Assembly (NCBI GenBank): GCA_964623675.1 | Contig: CAZUSM010000001.1 | Span: 1 to 51,806, forward strand | Length of the DNA: 51,806 nt | Source of the DNA: an uncultured Oscillospiraceae bacterium | Lineage (GTDB): Bacteria; Bacillota; Clostridia; Oscillospirales; Oscillospiraceae | Reading direction: 5' to 3' | In this document: positions 28,462 through 36,398 of the stretch, piece by piece | Layout of the letters: each line of letters opens with the position of its first letter | How positions within the stretch are numbered: the stretch's first letter is position 1 | Program-made: the position numbers and the translations under genes | The notes under the pieces: model-generated | Databases searched by the model: none | What the model was told of the DNA's origin: nothing | Seen by the model: the letters and a program-made list of their open reading frames with translations, nothing else

Positions 28462-28642
28462 TTGCTATGTTCCTTGCTTTACAGAAGTTTTCAAATGTTT
28501 TCTTTGCAAGTCTGCTTGGATTATAACTGCCGTTTTCCCAACGATTAACGGTGGCATAACTAACTCCCAATTCGTGTGCGAGATCTTCTTGTGTCATTTT
28601 TAACTGCAATCTAACTAGTTTAATATTATTTGCAAAATCCAT
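28439..28642 (-). CDS. XRE-family HTH protein, candidate controller (C-protein-like) of the R-M operon
   Basis: 67 aa, ..LKMTQEDLAHELGVSYATVNRWENGSYNPS.. (HTH_3). First gene of the operon, overlapping the first MTase gene by 11-23 nt. RBS AGAGG lies 6 nt upstream. Confidence 0.85.
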   Translation of the reverse strand: MDFANNIKLVRLQLKMTQEDLAHELGVSYATVNRWENGSYNPSRLAKKTFENFCKARNIANGDTDEE

Positions 28643-28673
28643 AAATAACCTCTATGTAATGAGTATAAAAACT

Positions 28674-28702
28674 ATTATAGCACTTTTTATAGCATTTGTA
28701 AA
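28674..28702 (-). promoter_or_regulatory. near-consensus extended -10 promoter of the R-M operon
   Basis: Minus strand reads TTTACA (28702-28697), 17 nt, then TGCTATAAT (TGn plus TATAAT, 28682-28674), about 30 nt upstream of the HTH start. Confidence 0.7.
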
Positions 28703-29185
28703 TAGCAGAGAGCGCCTTATAGGAATTATCGCAGTTGTATGCTTTCAATCCCAAACATCAATATCCATTTTGCGCGAGGGTTCAATAATAGATTGTTTGC
28801 AAGGAGGGACACACTTGCAGTGTTTGCCATCAGCTTTTTCACGCATAGTAACTAAGAATTAAACGGGGCAGTTAAATGCATTGAGGAATGGCTGCTTTGC
28901 CTGCTTGTGAACAAAAAACAGTAAGCATTTGTTAATGGCGGTGCGTATGCACCGTTCATCTTGATCATTGACAAGTGCCGTCTTTTTTTTACTCTAATAC
29001 TTTGATGAAAATTTTTTTGAAAAGTGTCCGAGCCACCCATTCTTAAAATCAGTAAATTGAAATGGTTTAAAAATCAGCCTAAGCGTCTTTCTATTTCCGC
29101 TTTTCGCAATCGTCATTTTGCCACTATTAAAAATCCGTGAAATGTGGTATAACTAATCGACAAAACCAACCAAGGAGAAAACCCA

Positions 29186-31339
29186 TTGAACAGCATTAAC
29201 GAGATTCTTGCCCGCGAGCTCAACCGCGAGCAGACGCACATTGACAACGTCATAAAGCTTTTGGACGAGGGCAACACCATTCCCTTCATCGCGCGCTACC
29301 GCAAAGAGCTGCACGGCGCGATGGACGACACCGCCCTGCGCACTCTCGCCGAGCGGCTGGAGTATCTCCGCTCGCTTGCCGAGCGGCGCGAAACCGTCAA
29401 AAACACCATAAACGAGCAGGGCAAGCTCACCGATGAGCTTGCCGCGGCCATCGACGCGGCGGAAACCCTTGCCGCATTAGAGGATCTTTATCGCCCCTAT
29501 AAGCCCAAGCGCCGCACCCGCGCCACCATGGCGCGCGAAAAGGGTCTCGGCCCTCTCGCGGATGAAATCTTCGCCCAGCGCGCCGACAGCCCCGCGCCCG
29601 AAACGCTTGCCGAGGCGTACATAGACCCCGAAAAGGGCGTGGAAACCGTCGAGGCCGCCCTTGCCGGGGCGTCCGACATCATTGCCGAGTGCATTTCCGA
29701 CGACGCCGACATCAGAAGCAAGCTCCGCGCCTTTATCGAAGCCAATGCCAGCCTTGTCTCCAAGGCCGCCACGGACGAGGACTCGGTTTATCGCCTTTAT
29801 TATGACTTCAAGCAGCGTGTCAACCGCCTGCAGGGGCATCAGGTTCTCGCCGTCAATCGCGGCGAGAAAGAGGGCATGCTCAAGGTTTCTCTGGAGCTTG
29901 ACCGCGAGCTTGCGCTTCAGCGCGTTCGCCGCGCGGTCATAATCCCCGGCAGCCCGGCCATGGCCTTTGTTCGCTCTGCGGCCGAGGACGCTTATGACCG
30001 CCTTATGTGGCCGTCCATGGAGCGCGAGGAGCGCAACGCCCTCACCGATATGGCCTCCGAGGGCGCAATCAAAATGTTCGCCCTCAACCTCAAGCCCCTT
30101 TTGATGCAGCCGCCCGTCAAGGGCAAGGTCACCATGGGGCTCGACCCCGGATACCGCAACGGCTGCAAGGTCGCCGTCATCGACGGCACGGGCAAGGTGC
30201 TCGACACCGCCGTCGTTTACCCCACGTTCGGCGACAACAAAAAGCGCGAGGCCATTGCCAAGCTCTCCGCGCTCATCAAAAAGCACGGCGTTGAGCACAT
30301 CGCCATCGGCAACGGCACGGCCTCGCGCGAAACCGAGCAGATGACTGTTGAAATGCTCCACGAGCTTGGTACGGGTCAGTCCTACGCCATTGTCAACGAG
30401 GCCGGCGCGTCGGTTTACTCCGCCTCGCCCCTCGCGGCTGAGGAGTTCCCGGAGTTTGACGTCAATCTCCGTTCTGCCGTGTCCATCGCGCGCCGCCTGC
30501 AAGACCCCCTTGCCGAGCTTGTCAAGATTGACCCCATGGCCATCGGCGTCGGCCAGTATCAGCACGACATGCCGCAAAACAAGCTCGCCGAAACGCTTGA
30601 CGGCGTGGTCGAGGACTGCGTCAACGCCGTCGGCGTTGACATCAACACTGCCTCCCCCTCGCTGCTGCAGCGCGTTTCCGGCCTGACCAAGACCACCGCC
30701 AAAAACATCGTCACCTATCGTGAGCAAAACGGCGCCTTCACCGACCGAAAACAAATTTCCAAAGTGCCCAAGCTCGGCCCGAAGGCCTTTGAGCAGTGCG
30801 CGGGCTTCCTCCGTGTGCCGGAAAGCGCGCAGGTGCTCGACAACACCGCCGTCCACCCCGAAAGCTACGCCGCCGCGAAAAAGCTTCTTGAACTCTGCGA
30901 CTATACCCTCGACGATGTTGCCGCGGGCGGCATTGCGGCCTTGCCCGCGCGCGTCAAGGCCGTGGGCGCGGCGAAGCTCGCCGCCGAGTGCGCCGTCGGC
31001 GAGCCGACGCTCAATGACATCGTCTCCGAGCTCATGAAGCCCGGCCGCGACCCGCGCGATGAGCTGCCCCCGGTGCTCCTGCGCAAGGACGTGCTGGAGA
31101 TAAAGGATCTCAAGCCCGGCATGGAACTCATGGGCACAGTGCGCAACGTCATCGACTTCGGTGTTTTCGTCGACATCGGCGTCCATCAGGACGGCCTTGT
31201 CCACATCTCTCAGGTCAGTGACAAGTTCATCCGCCACCCCAGCGAGGCCGTCTCCGTCGGCGACACGGTCAAAGTCGTCGTCCTCGACGTGGACGAGAAA
31301 AAGCACCGCATCTCCCTCTCCATGAAACAGGCCAAATAA
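29186..31339 (+). CDS. tex: Tex-like transcription accessory protein (YqgF/HHH/S1 domains)
   Basis: ..VIKLLDEGNTIPFIARYRKE.. N-terminus, YqgF-like ..GLDPGYRNGCKVAVID.., and a C-terminal S1 domain ..GTVRNVIDFGVFVDIGVHQDGLVHISQ... TTG start with AAGGAG 8 nt upstream. Confidence 0.95.
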   Translation: MNSINEILARELNREQTHIDNVIKLLDEGNTIPFIARYRKELHGAMDDTALRTLAERLEYLRSLAERRETVKNTINEQGKLTDELAAAIDAAETLAALEDLYRPYKPKRRTRATMAREKGLGPLADEIFAQRADSPAPETLAEAYIDPEKGVETVEAALAGASDIIAECISDDADIRSKLRAFIEANASLVSKAATDEDSVYRLYYDFKQRVNRLQGHQVLAVNRGEKEGMLKVSLELDRELALQRVRRAVIIPGSPAMAFVRSAAEDAYDRLMWPSMEREERNALTDMASEGAIKMFALNLKPLLMQPPVKGKVTMGLDPGYRNGCKVAVIDGTGKVLDTAVVYPTFGDNKKREAIAKLSALIKKHGVEHIAIGNGTASRETEQMTVEMLHELGTGQSYAIVNEAGASVYSASPLAAEEFPEFDVNLRSAVSIARRLQDPLAELVKIDPMAIGVGQYQHDMPQNKLAETLDGVVEDCVNAVGVDINTASPSLLQRVSGLTKTTAKNIVTYREQNGAFTDRKQISKVPKLGPKAFEQCAGFLRVPESAQVLDNTAVHPESYAAAKKLLELCDYTLDDVAAGGIAALPARVKAVGAAKLAAECAVGEPTLNDIVSELMKPGRDPRDELPPVLLRKDVLEIKDLKPGMELMGTVRNVIDFGVFVDIGVHQDGLVHISQVSDKFIRHPSEAVSVGDTVKVVVLDVDEKKHRISLSMKQAK

Positions 31340-31354
31340 ACCAAATACGGAACA

Positions 31355-31396
31355 AAAACTTCCTGTAAACGTCAAAGTATGCAGGAAGTTTTCTTG
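31355..31396 (+). terminator. terminator after tex
   Basis: AAAACTTCCTG (31355-31365) pairs with CAGGAAGTTTT (31382-31392), followed by a T-rich tail. Confidence 0.65.
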
Positions 31397-31424
31397 TAAT
31401 GTCTCGTAAAAGGAGTGTGTTTTC

Positions 31425-33518
31425 GTGAAAAAGCTTCTTGCCCTCTTTCTCACTCTCACCATGCTTTTTCTCCTCTGCGCATGCGGCGCGGCGGATGACG
31501 GCGCGGGCGAAAACGCCGCCTCTTTTTCCCCTCTTTCCGCCGCGGGCGAATGGCAGGGGATAGGCAAGTGCTATAAAGCCGAGCCGTACACCCTCCCCGG
31601 CAATGCCTATCAGGCGAAAAGGTGCGGCGATGAGCTCGTCTGCTTTGCCTCTCACATTTCGGGTGATTCCCACATCATCGTCGGCGGCGACGTCGTGTAT
31701 ACAACCTCCGATATCATCTCGGCCTATACCGTGTACGACAGCAGTGTGTGGGTGCTTGAAAATGTTTATTCCCAATCCGGCAGCGGCTATAAGCTCGTCA
31801 ATCTCTCCCTTGACGGAGCTCTGACTGCCGAGCTTGACGCCACCGCCCTTGTCCCGCAAATGGCGGGCATAAACGCCCTCAATTATGCCAACGGCACTTT
31901 GTTCGTCTTTTACGGCGATTCAAGGCTCGCCGCCGTGTCAAGCGACGGAGTGCTTGAATTTGACGGCGGCTTGCCGCCCGCCTCGGCGCACACCGCCCTC
32001 TCCCTCAACGGCGAAACCCTGCTTATATGCGCCACGGGAAACGGCGATGAGATATACTCGCTCAATGCCGACTTCGTGCCGACCCCGCTCGCCGTGACAG
32101 AGAGCGGGACAATCGTCCCCGACGCGAAAAATGAGCGCTTGCTGCTTTTCAATGCCGACGGGCTTTTTACGCTTGATGAGAGCTTTTCTCCCACGCCGGA
32201 GATTATTTGGCAGGAATGCTCCCTTGCGCTCAATGCCTTGGGAAACCCCGTCGACCTCGGCAACGGCGAATATCTCGTGAAAACCGCCGGGGAGTTTTGC
32301 CTCCTTTCCCCGGCAGACCCCGCAGCGTGGAAACCCAAAACTCAGCTCCGCCTCGCCTCGCTCGACTCGGCGGATGAGCTTCAAACAACGGTCGCCCGCT
32401 TCAACAGCGCCTCGCCCGATTATTATGTCACGATAGTTGACTATTCCGACGGCGGCACACTTGACGCCGAAACGGCGGCCATGTGCCTGGACGCGGACAT
32501 AATAAGCGGCGCGTTCCCCGATATGATATGCGTTTCGTCCGTCTCGCCCTTTCCCTATATGCGCAATGATTTGCTCGTTGACATGACATCCCTCATGGAA
32601 AATGACCCTGACGTGGGCATTCAAGATATCTCCATAGCCAATGCCCTGCGTTATGACGGCGCAATATACTATCTCGCCGGGACATATTCCTTTGAAACCA
32701 TGCTCGCCAAGCGTGAGCTGTTCGGCGACGTCTGCGGCTGGACGCTTGAGCAGTATTTACGCCTCGACGAAAGCCTGACCGACGACGTCATGACCATTTA
32801 CAACGTGACCCACGAGGCGTATCTCAACCACATCATCAAACGCTCGATGAATGACTATGTCGACTGGGCAACCGGCACGTGCTCATTTGACAGCGACGCT
32901 TTCATAAACCTTTTGTCCGTTGCGAAAAAGATACGCGAAACGCCCGAAGACCCCAATAATATGATTTTCGGTTCGGGCGCGAAATTAGTCGGCGATGGCC
33001 TGCGAATGACGGCGCTTACATGGGTGGATGAGATAAGCAAGCTCAAATTTTCCGAGCAGCAAGCGGGTTGTGAGCTGAGCTTTATAGGCTGGCCGTCATC
33101 AACCGGCAAAAACGGCGCGGATGTTCACCTCTATGACCCCGTGGCCATTCTCTCCCCCGGCGATAATATTGACGGCTGCTGGGCTTTCGTCAAGTTTATG
33201 CTCACATCCCCCGCAGACATCGCCCTGCCGGTTTACACGCCCCAATTGCAAAAAACACTGGACACGGCCAAAACGCAAGGCGTGGCCTCGATGCTCAGCC
33301 TTCCGGGCGCAGACCCCATAAAGCTCACCGACGCCGACATAGAAAAGCTCACCGCCGTGATAACTTCCATAGAAAACACCACCATCTACGACGAAGCCCT
33401 ATTCTCCATCATCCAGTCGGAGTATAACGCCTATATGTGCAGTGAAACAACCGCCTCCGAATCCGCCACCCGCACCCAATCCCGCGCCTCCATCTACCTC
33501 TCCGAGCAATACGGCTGA
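31425..33518 (+). CDS. large lipoprotein: N-terminal repeat/beta-rich region plus C-terminal extracellular solute-binding-protein-like domain
   Basis: GTG start after AAAAGGAG. Lipobox LLCACG. The C-terminal ~380 aa resembles family-1 sugar SBPs (..LRLASLDSADELQTTVARFNSASPDYYVTIVDY.., ..SFIGWPSS..). There are no adjacent ABC permease or ATPase genes. Confidence 0.7.
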   Translation: MKKLLALFLTLTMLFLLCACGAADDGAGENAASFSPLSAAGEWQGIGKCYKAEPYTLPGNAYQAKRCGDELVCFASHISGDSHIIVGGDVVYTTSDIISAYTVYDSSVWVLENVYSQSGSGYKLVNLSLDGALTAELDATALVPQMAGINALNYANGTLFVFYGDSRLAAVSSDGVLEFDGGLPPASAHTALSLNGETLLICATGNGDEIYSLNADFVPTPLAVTESGTIVPDAKNERLLLFNADGLFTLDESFSPTPEIIWQECSLALNALGNPVDLGNGEYLVKTAGEFCLLSPADPAAWKPKTQLRLASLDSADELQTTVARFNSASPDYYVTIVDYSDGGTLDAETAAMCLDADIISGAFPDMICVSSVSPFPYMRNDLLVDMTSLMENDPDVGIQDISIANALRYDGAIYYLAGTYSFETMLAKRELFGDVCGWTLEQYLRLDESLTDDVMTIYNVTHEAYLNHIIKRSMNDYVDWATGTCSFDSDAFINLLSVAKKIRETPEDPNNMIFGSGAKLVGDGLRMTALTWVDEISKLKFSEQQAGCELSFIGWPSSTGKNGADVHLYDPVAILSPGDNIDGCWAFVKFMLTSPADIALPVYTPQLQKTLDTAKTQGVASMLSLPGADPIKLTDADIEKLTAVITSIENTTIYDEALFSIIQSEYNAYMCSETTASESATRTQSRASIYLSEQYG

Positions 33519-33534
33519 AAACCATTAAAAATGC

Positions 33535-33572
33535 AAACAGGTCTGTAGTGAAAAATAGCTACAGACCTGTTT
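33535..33572. terminator. bidirectional terminator between convergent genes
   Basis: AAACAGGTCTGTAG (33535-33548) pairs perfectly with CTACAGACCTGTTT (33559-33572), with A/T runs on both sides. Confidence 0.85.
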
Positions 33573-33589
33573 TGCTTATTCATATTGTT

Positions 33590-36025
33590 TCACCCCATTA
33601 CCACATTCACTTCCACCGTTTCTCCTGTCTTGGCTAGGGGGAGGGTGGGGGCGGTTAGCGTTTGTCCGTTTGCGGTGAGGGTTTTTATTCCGTGCTCGAC
33701 GGCGTTGGGGTTTTGCACGTGGATTATGTACGTCGCCCCGCGGTAGCGGCGCGTCACGGTGAACTCGCGCAGGTCGGACGGAATGCACGGGTCGATTTCC
33801 AGCCCGTCATAGCCGGGCTTTATGCCCAATATCGCCTGACTCACGCTGACAAACGACCACGCCGCCGTGCCCGTCAGCCAGCTGTTTTTCGCCTCGCCGA
33901 ACGCGCTCGCGTCCTTGCCGGCGATCATTTGGCTGTACACATACGGCTCGGTGCGGTGGATGTCGCTCCGCTGCTCGGTGTAGGCGGGCGAGGTCTTAGA
34001 ATACACCTCATAAGCGCGGTTGCCGTGGCCGAGCACGGTCTCGGCGCAGGTGATCCACGGGTTATTGTGGCAGAATATGCCCGCGTTTTCCTTGTACCCC
34101 GGCGGATAGCTCGTTATCTCGCCGAGATTGAGATGATACGCAGTGTACGCCGGCTGCAACAGCACTATGCCGTGCTCGGTGTCGAGCCGCTCTTTCACGC
34201 TTTTCAGCGCGGTCTCAGCCTCGCCGGTGGCGCGGCCTATGCCCGCCATGACGCACATGCCCTGCGGCTCGATGAAAATCTGCCCCTCGTCGCACACGCG
34301 GCTGCCCACGGGCGCGCCGAACGCGTCATAAGCGCGGATGAACCACTTGCCGTCCCACCCGGCGGACAGAACGGCCTTTTCCATCGCGTCAATCGCGCGC
34401 TCGCATTCCTCCGCCTCGCCCGCAAGGCCGCGGCGGCGGCAAATCTCGGCATAAGCGCGCCCGTATTTGACGAACATGCCCGCGATGAACACGCTCTCCG
34501 CCACAGGCCCTTCACTCGGCCCCGTGGTCTGGAAGCTTTCGCCCGGATGCGCGGAAAAGCAGTTGAGATTCAAGCAGTCGTTCCAGTCGGCGCGGCCGAT
34601 GAGCGGCAAATCGTGCGGCCCAAGGTGCGTCGGGATATAATTGAAGCTGCGCCGCAGATGCTCCATCAGCGAGCGGGACAGCGTTTCGTCATTGTCAAAG
34701 GGGACTTGCTCGTCGAGTATGCCCCAGTCGCCGGTTTCGCGCAGATACGCGTCCACCCCCGCGATGAGCCACAGGGGGTCATCGTTGAACCCGCTGCCGA
34801 CGGCGAGGTTGCCCTTTTTCGTCAGGGGCTGATATTGGTGATACGCGCTCCCGTCGGGGAACTGCGTGGCGGCAATGTCGAGTATGCGCTCGCGCGCGCG
34901 TTCGGGAATCATGTGCACAAAGCCCAGCAGATCCTGGCACGAATCGCGAAAACCCATGCCGCGCCCCATGCCGCTTTCAAAATAGCTCGCCGAGCGGCTC
35001 ATGTTGAACGTCACCATGCACTGATATTGATTCCAAATGTTCACCATGCGCTCAAGGCGCTCGTCGCCGCCGTCGAGCCGGTAATTGCCCAAAAGCGCGC
35101 TCCAAAATTCGCCCAGCGCCGCAAACGCCGCGTCAAACTGCGCAGAAGTCAAATACCGCGCCTGCATCGCCTCGGCCTTGCCCTTGTTGATCACGCCCGG
35201 CGCGGTGAACTTCTCGCTCTGCGCGTTCTCGATATAGCCCAGGCCGATTATCAGCTCTTTCTCCTCGTCGGGGCGGAGCGCGACGTCAAACTCCATCGCC
35301 CCCACCGGCGCCCAGCCGTGGGCAATGCTGTTGGTGCAGTGCCCGGCCTTGACGGCCTGCGGCATGCTCGGCGCGCCGTACACGCCGACAAACGCGTCGC
35401 GCGCGGTGTCAAAGCCGTCGAAATCCTCGTTTGCCCACAGCACGGCGTAATGGTCGCGCCGCTCGCGGTACTCGGTTTTGTGGTATATCGCCCTCGGCGT
35501 GACCTCGACCTCGCCGACGGAGTAGTTGCGCTGGAAGTTGGACGCGTCGTCCATCGCGTCCCAAAGGCAAAACTCCACATAGCCGAACAGCGTCAGCGCC
35601 TTGGCGGCGTCCGTGGTGTTTTTCACGCTCACGCGCATCAGCAGGCAGTCGTCCCCGCGCGGCACGAACATCTCCTGCCGCGCCTCAACGCCGTCCTTGC
35701 GCCCGGAAATGACCGTGTATCCCAGCCCGTGGCGGCATTCATAGCCGTCCAGCTCCGTCTGCGTCGGCTGCCAGCCGATGTTCCACACGCTCTCGCCGTC
35801 CTTGATATAAATGTGCAGACCGTCGCTGTCAAGCGGGCTTGAGTTGTAGCGATAGCGCGTCAGACGGCGCAGCCGCGCGTCCTTATAAAAGCTGTACCCG
35901 CCGCCGGTGTTCGACACGAGCGTGAAAAAATCGTCGCTGCCGAGATAGTTGATCCAGGGCAGGGGAGTGCGCGGTGTGTCGATGATATATTCCCTCGCGG
36001 CGTCGTCAAAATGTCCGTACCTCAT
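33590..36025 (-). CDS. GH94 glycoside phosphorylase (cellobiose/cellodextrin/chitobiose phosphorylase family)
   Basis: MRYGHFDDAAREYIIDTPRTPLPWINYLG.. and conservation through the whole 811 aa are typical of cellobiose phosphorylase. GGAGGA lies 8 nt upstream of the ATG at 36025. The ORF-track TTG at 36040 overlaps the RBS. Confidence 0.92.
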   Translation of the reverse strand: MRYGHFDDAAREYIIDTPRTPLPWINYLGSDDFFTLVSNTGGGYSFYKDARLRRLTRYRYNSSPLDSDGLHIYIKDGESVWNIGWQPTQTELDGYECRHGLGYTVISGRKDGVEARQEMFVPRGDDCLLMRVSVKNTTDAAKALTLFGYVEFCLWDAMDDASNFQRNYSVGEVEVTPRAIYHKTEYRERRDHYAVLWANEDFDGFDTARDAFVGVYGAPSMPQAVKAGHCTNSIAHGWAPVGAMEFDVALRPDEEKELIIGLGYIENAQSEKFTAPGVINKGKAEAMQARYLTSAQFDAAFAALGEFWSALLGNYRLDGGDERLERMVNIWNQYQCMVTFNMSRSASYFESGMGRGMGFRDSCQDLLGFVHMIPERARERILDIAATQFPDGSAYHQYQPLTKKGNLAVGSGFNDDPLWLIAGVDAYLRETGDWGILDEQVPFDNDETLSRSLMEHLRRSFNYIPTHLGPHDLPLIGRADWNDCLNLNCFSAHPGESFQTTGPSEGPVAESVFIAGMFVKYGRAYAEICRRRGLAGEAEECERAIDAMEKAVLSAGWDGKWFIRAYDAFGAPVGSRVCDEGQIFIEPQGMCVMAGIGRATGEAETALKSVKERLDTEHGIVLLQPAYTAYHLNLGEITSYPPGYKENAGIFCHNNPWITCAETVLGHGNRAYEVYSKTSPAYTEQRSDIHRTEPYVYSQMIAGKDASAFGEAKNSWLTGTAAWSFVSVSQAILGIKPGYDGLEIDPCIPSDLREFTVTRRYRGATYIIHVQNPNAVEHGIKTLTANGQTLTAPTLPLAKTGETVEVNVVMG

Positions 36026-36073
36026 GAGATTATCCTCCAAAGAAGCTTGACGTGTATTGCTGCGGCTTCATAT

Positions 36074-36087
36074 CGAAACCGTTTAAG
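36074..36087. promoter_or_regulatory. candidate LacI-family operator (site A)
   Basis: CGAAACCGTTTAAG. Its reverse complement CTTAAACGGTTTCG shares the 11-mer CTTAAACGGTT with site B. It lies about 50 nt upstream of the GH94 start. Confidence 0.5.
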
Positions 36088-36360
36088 TGTATAATTACGC
36101 TCTAAAACAATAAATGATTTTCGCCCCAAATGCAATAGCTTTTTGCGCCGAAAACCGCGTTTTGGCTATTCTGCGCAAAAATACATGCCCCATTTTGTGC
36201 ATATTCCCAAGTTTTACGAAAATCTACGAAAATTTCTTTGTAGCAGGATAGACAAATTTTCGTGACCAAACTGTGCACTTGTTCCAAAAATGCGCAGAGA
36301 GCCGCATTTTTCAAAAACAAACGCTTGCTTTTTTGACAGAAATGCGATATTTTAGACTTG

Positions 36361-36374
36361 CTTAAACGGTTAAG
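36361..36374. promoter_or_regulatory. candidate LacI-family operator (site B)
   Basis: CTTAAACGGTTAAG, a 14-bp sequence with 6 of 7 palindromic pairs, 25 nt upstream of the LacI-family gene start. Confidence 0.5.
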
Positions 36375-36398
36375 TCACGCGACGGGAGAAAGAGCAAT

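Larger units (their letters stand above)
24938..29170. other. AT-rich genomic island carrying a restriction-modification operon (no mobility gene seen)
   Basis: Abrupt composition shift: a sampled 60-nt line at 27001 is 20/60 G+C, against 39/60 at 30001. AAAACCAAC occurs at both edges (24938-24946 and 29162-29170). Contents are typical horizontally transferred defence genes. Confidence 0.75.

Noticed and set aside
25139-28954. Similar hairpins at both ends of the R-M cassette (25139-25167 and 28939-28954) as terminal inverted repeats of a mobile element
   Set aside because: Each is self-complementary and they share only the 10-mer TATGCACCGT. No transposase is present. The left one is adequately explained as the operon terminator. 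Retained only as a note in a finding.
28852-29040. 62-aa minus ORF, the 67-aa plus ORF 28659-28862, and a 40-codon minus ORF at 28994-29116 in the island's right flank
   Set aside because: None has an acceptable SD or spacing and none has a recognisable motif. One overlaps the R-M promoter. They are treated as non-coding or decayed sequence.
29477-31567. 696-aa minus-strand ORF opposite tex
   Set aside because: Same antisense high-GC artefact. tex on the plus strand is unmistakable.
33662-35842. 726-aa plus-strand ORF opposite the GH94 phosphorylase
   Set aside because: Antisense artefact: Arg/Ala/His-rich with no motifs. The minus-strand gene has strong family identity.
36102-36320. 72-aa minus ORF inside the GH94/LacI intergenic region
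   Set aside because: It lies in an AT-rich spacer, has no RBS and an odd composition. The region is better explained as regulatory DNA.
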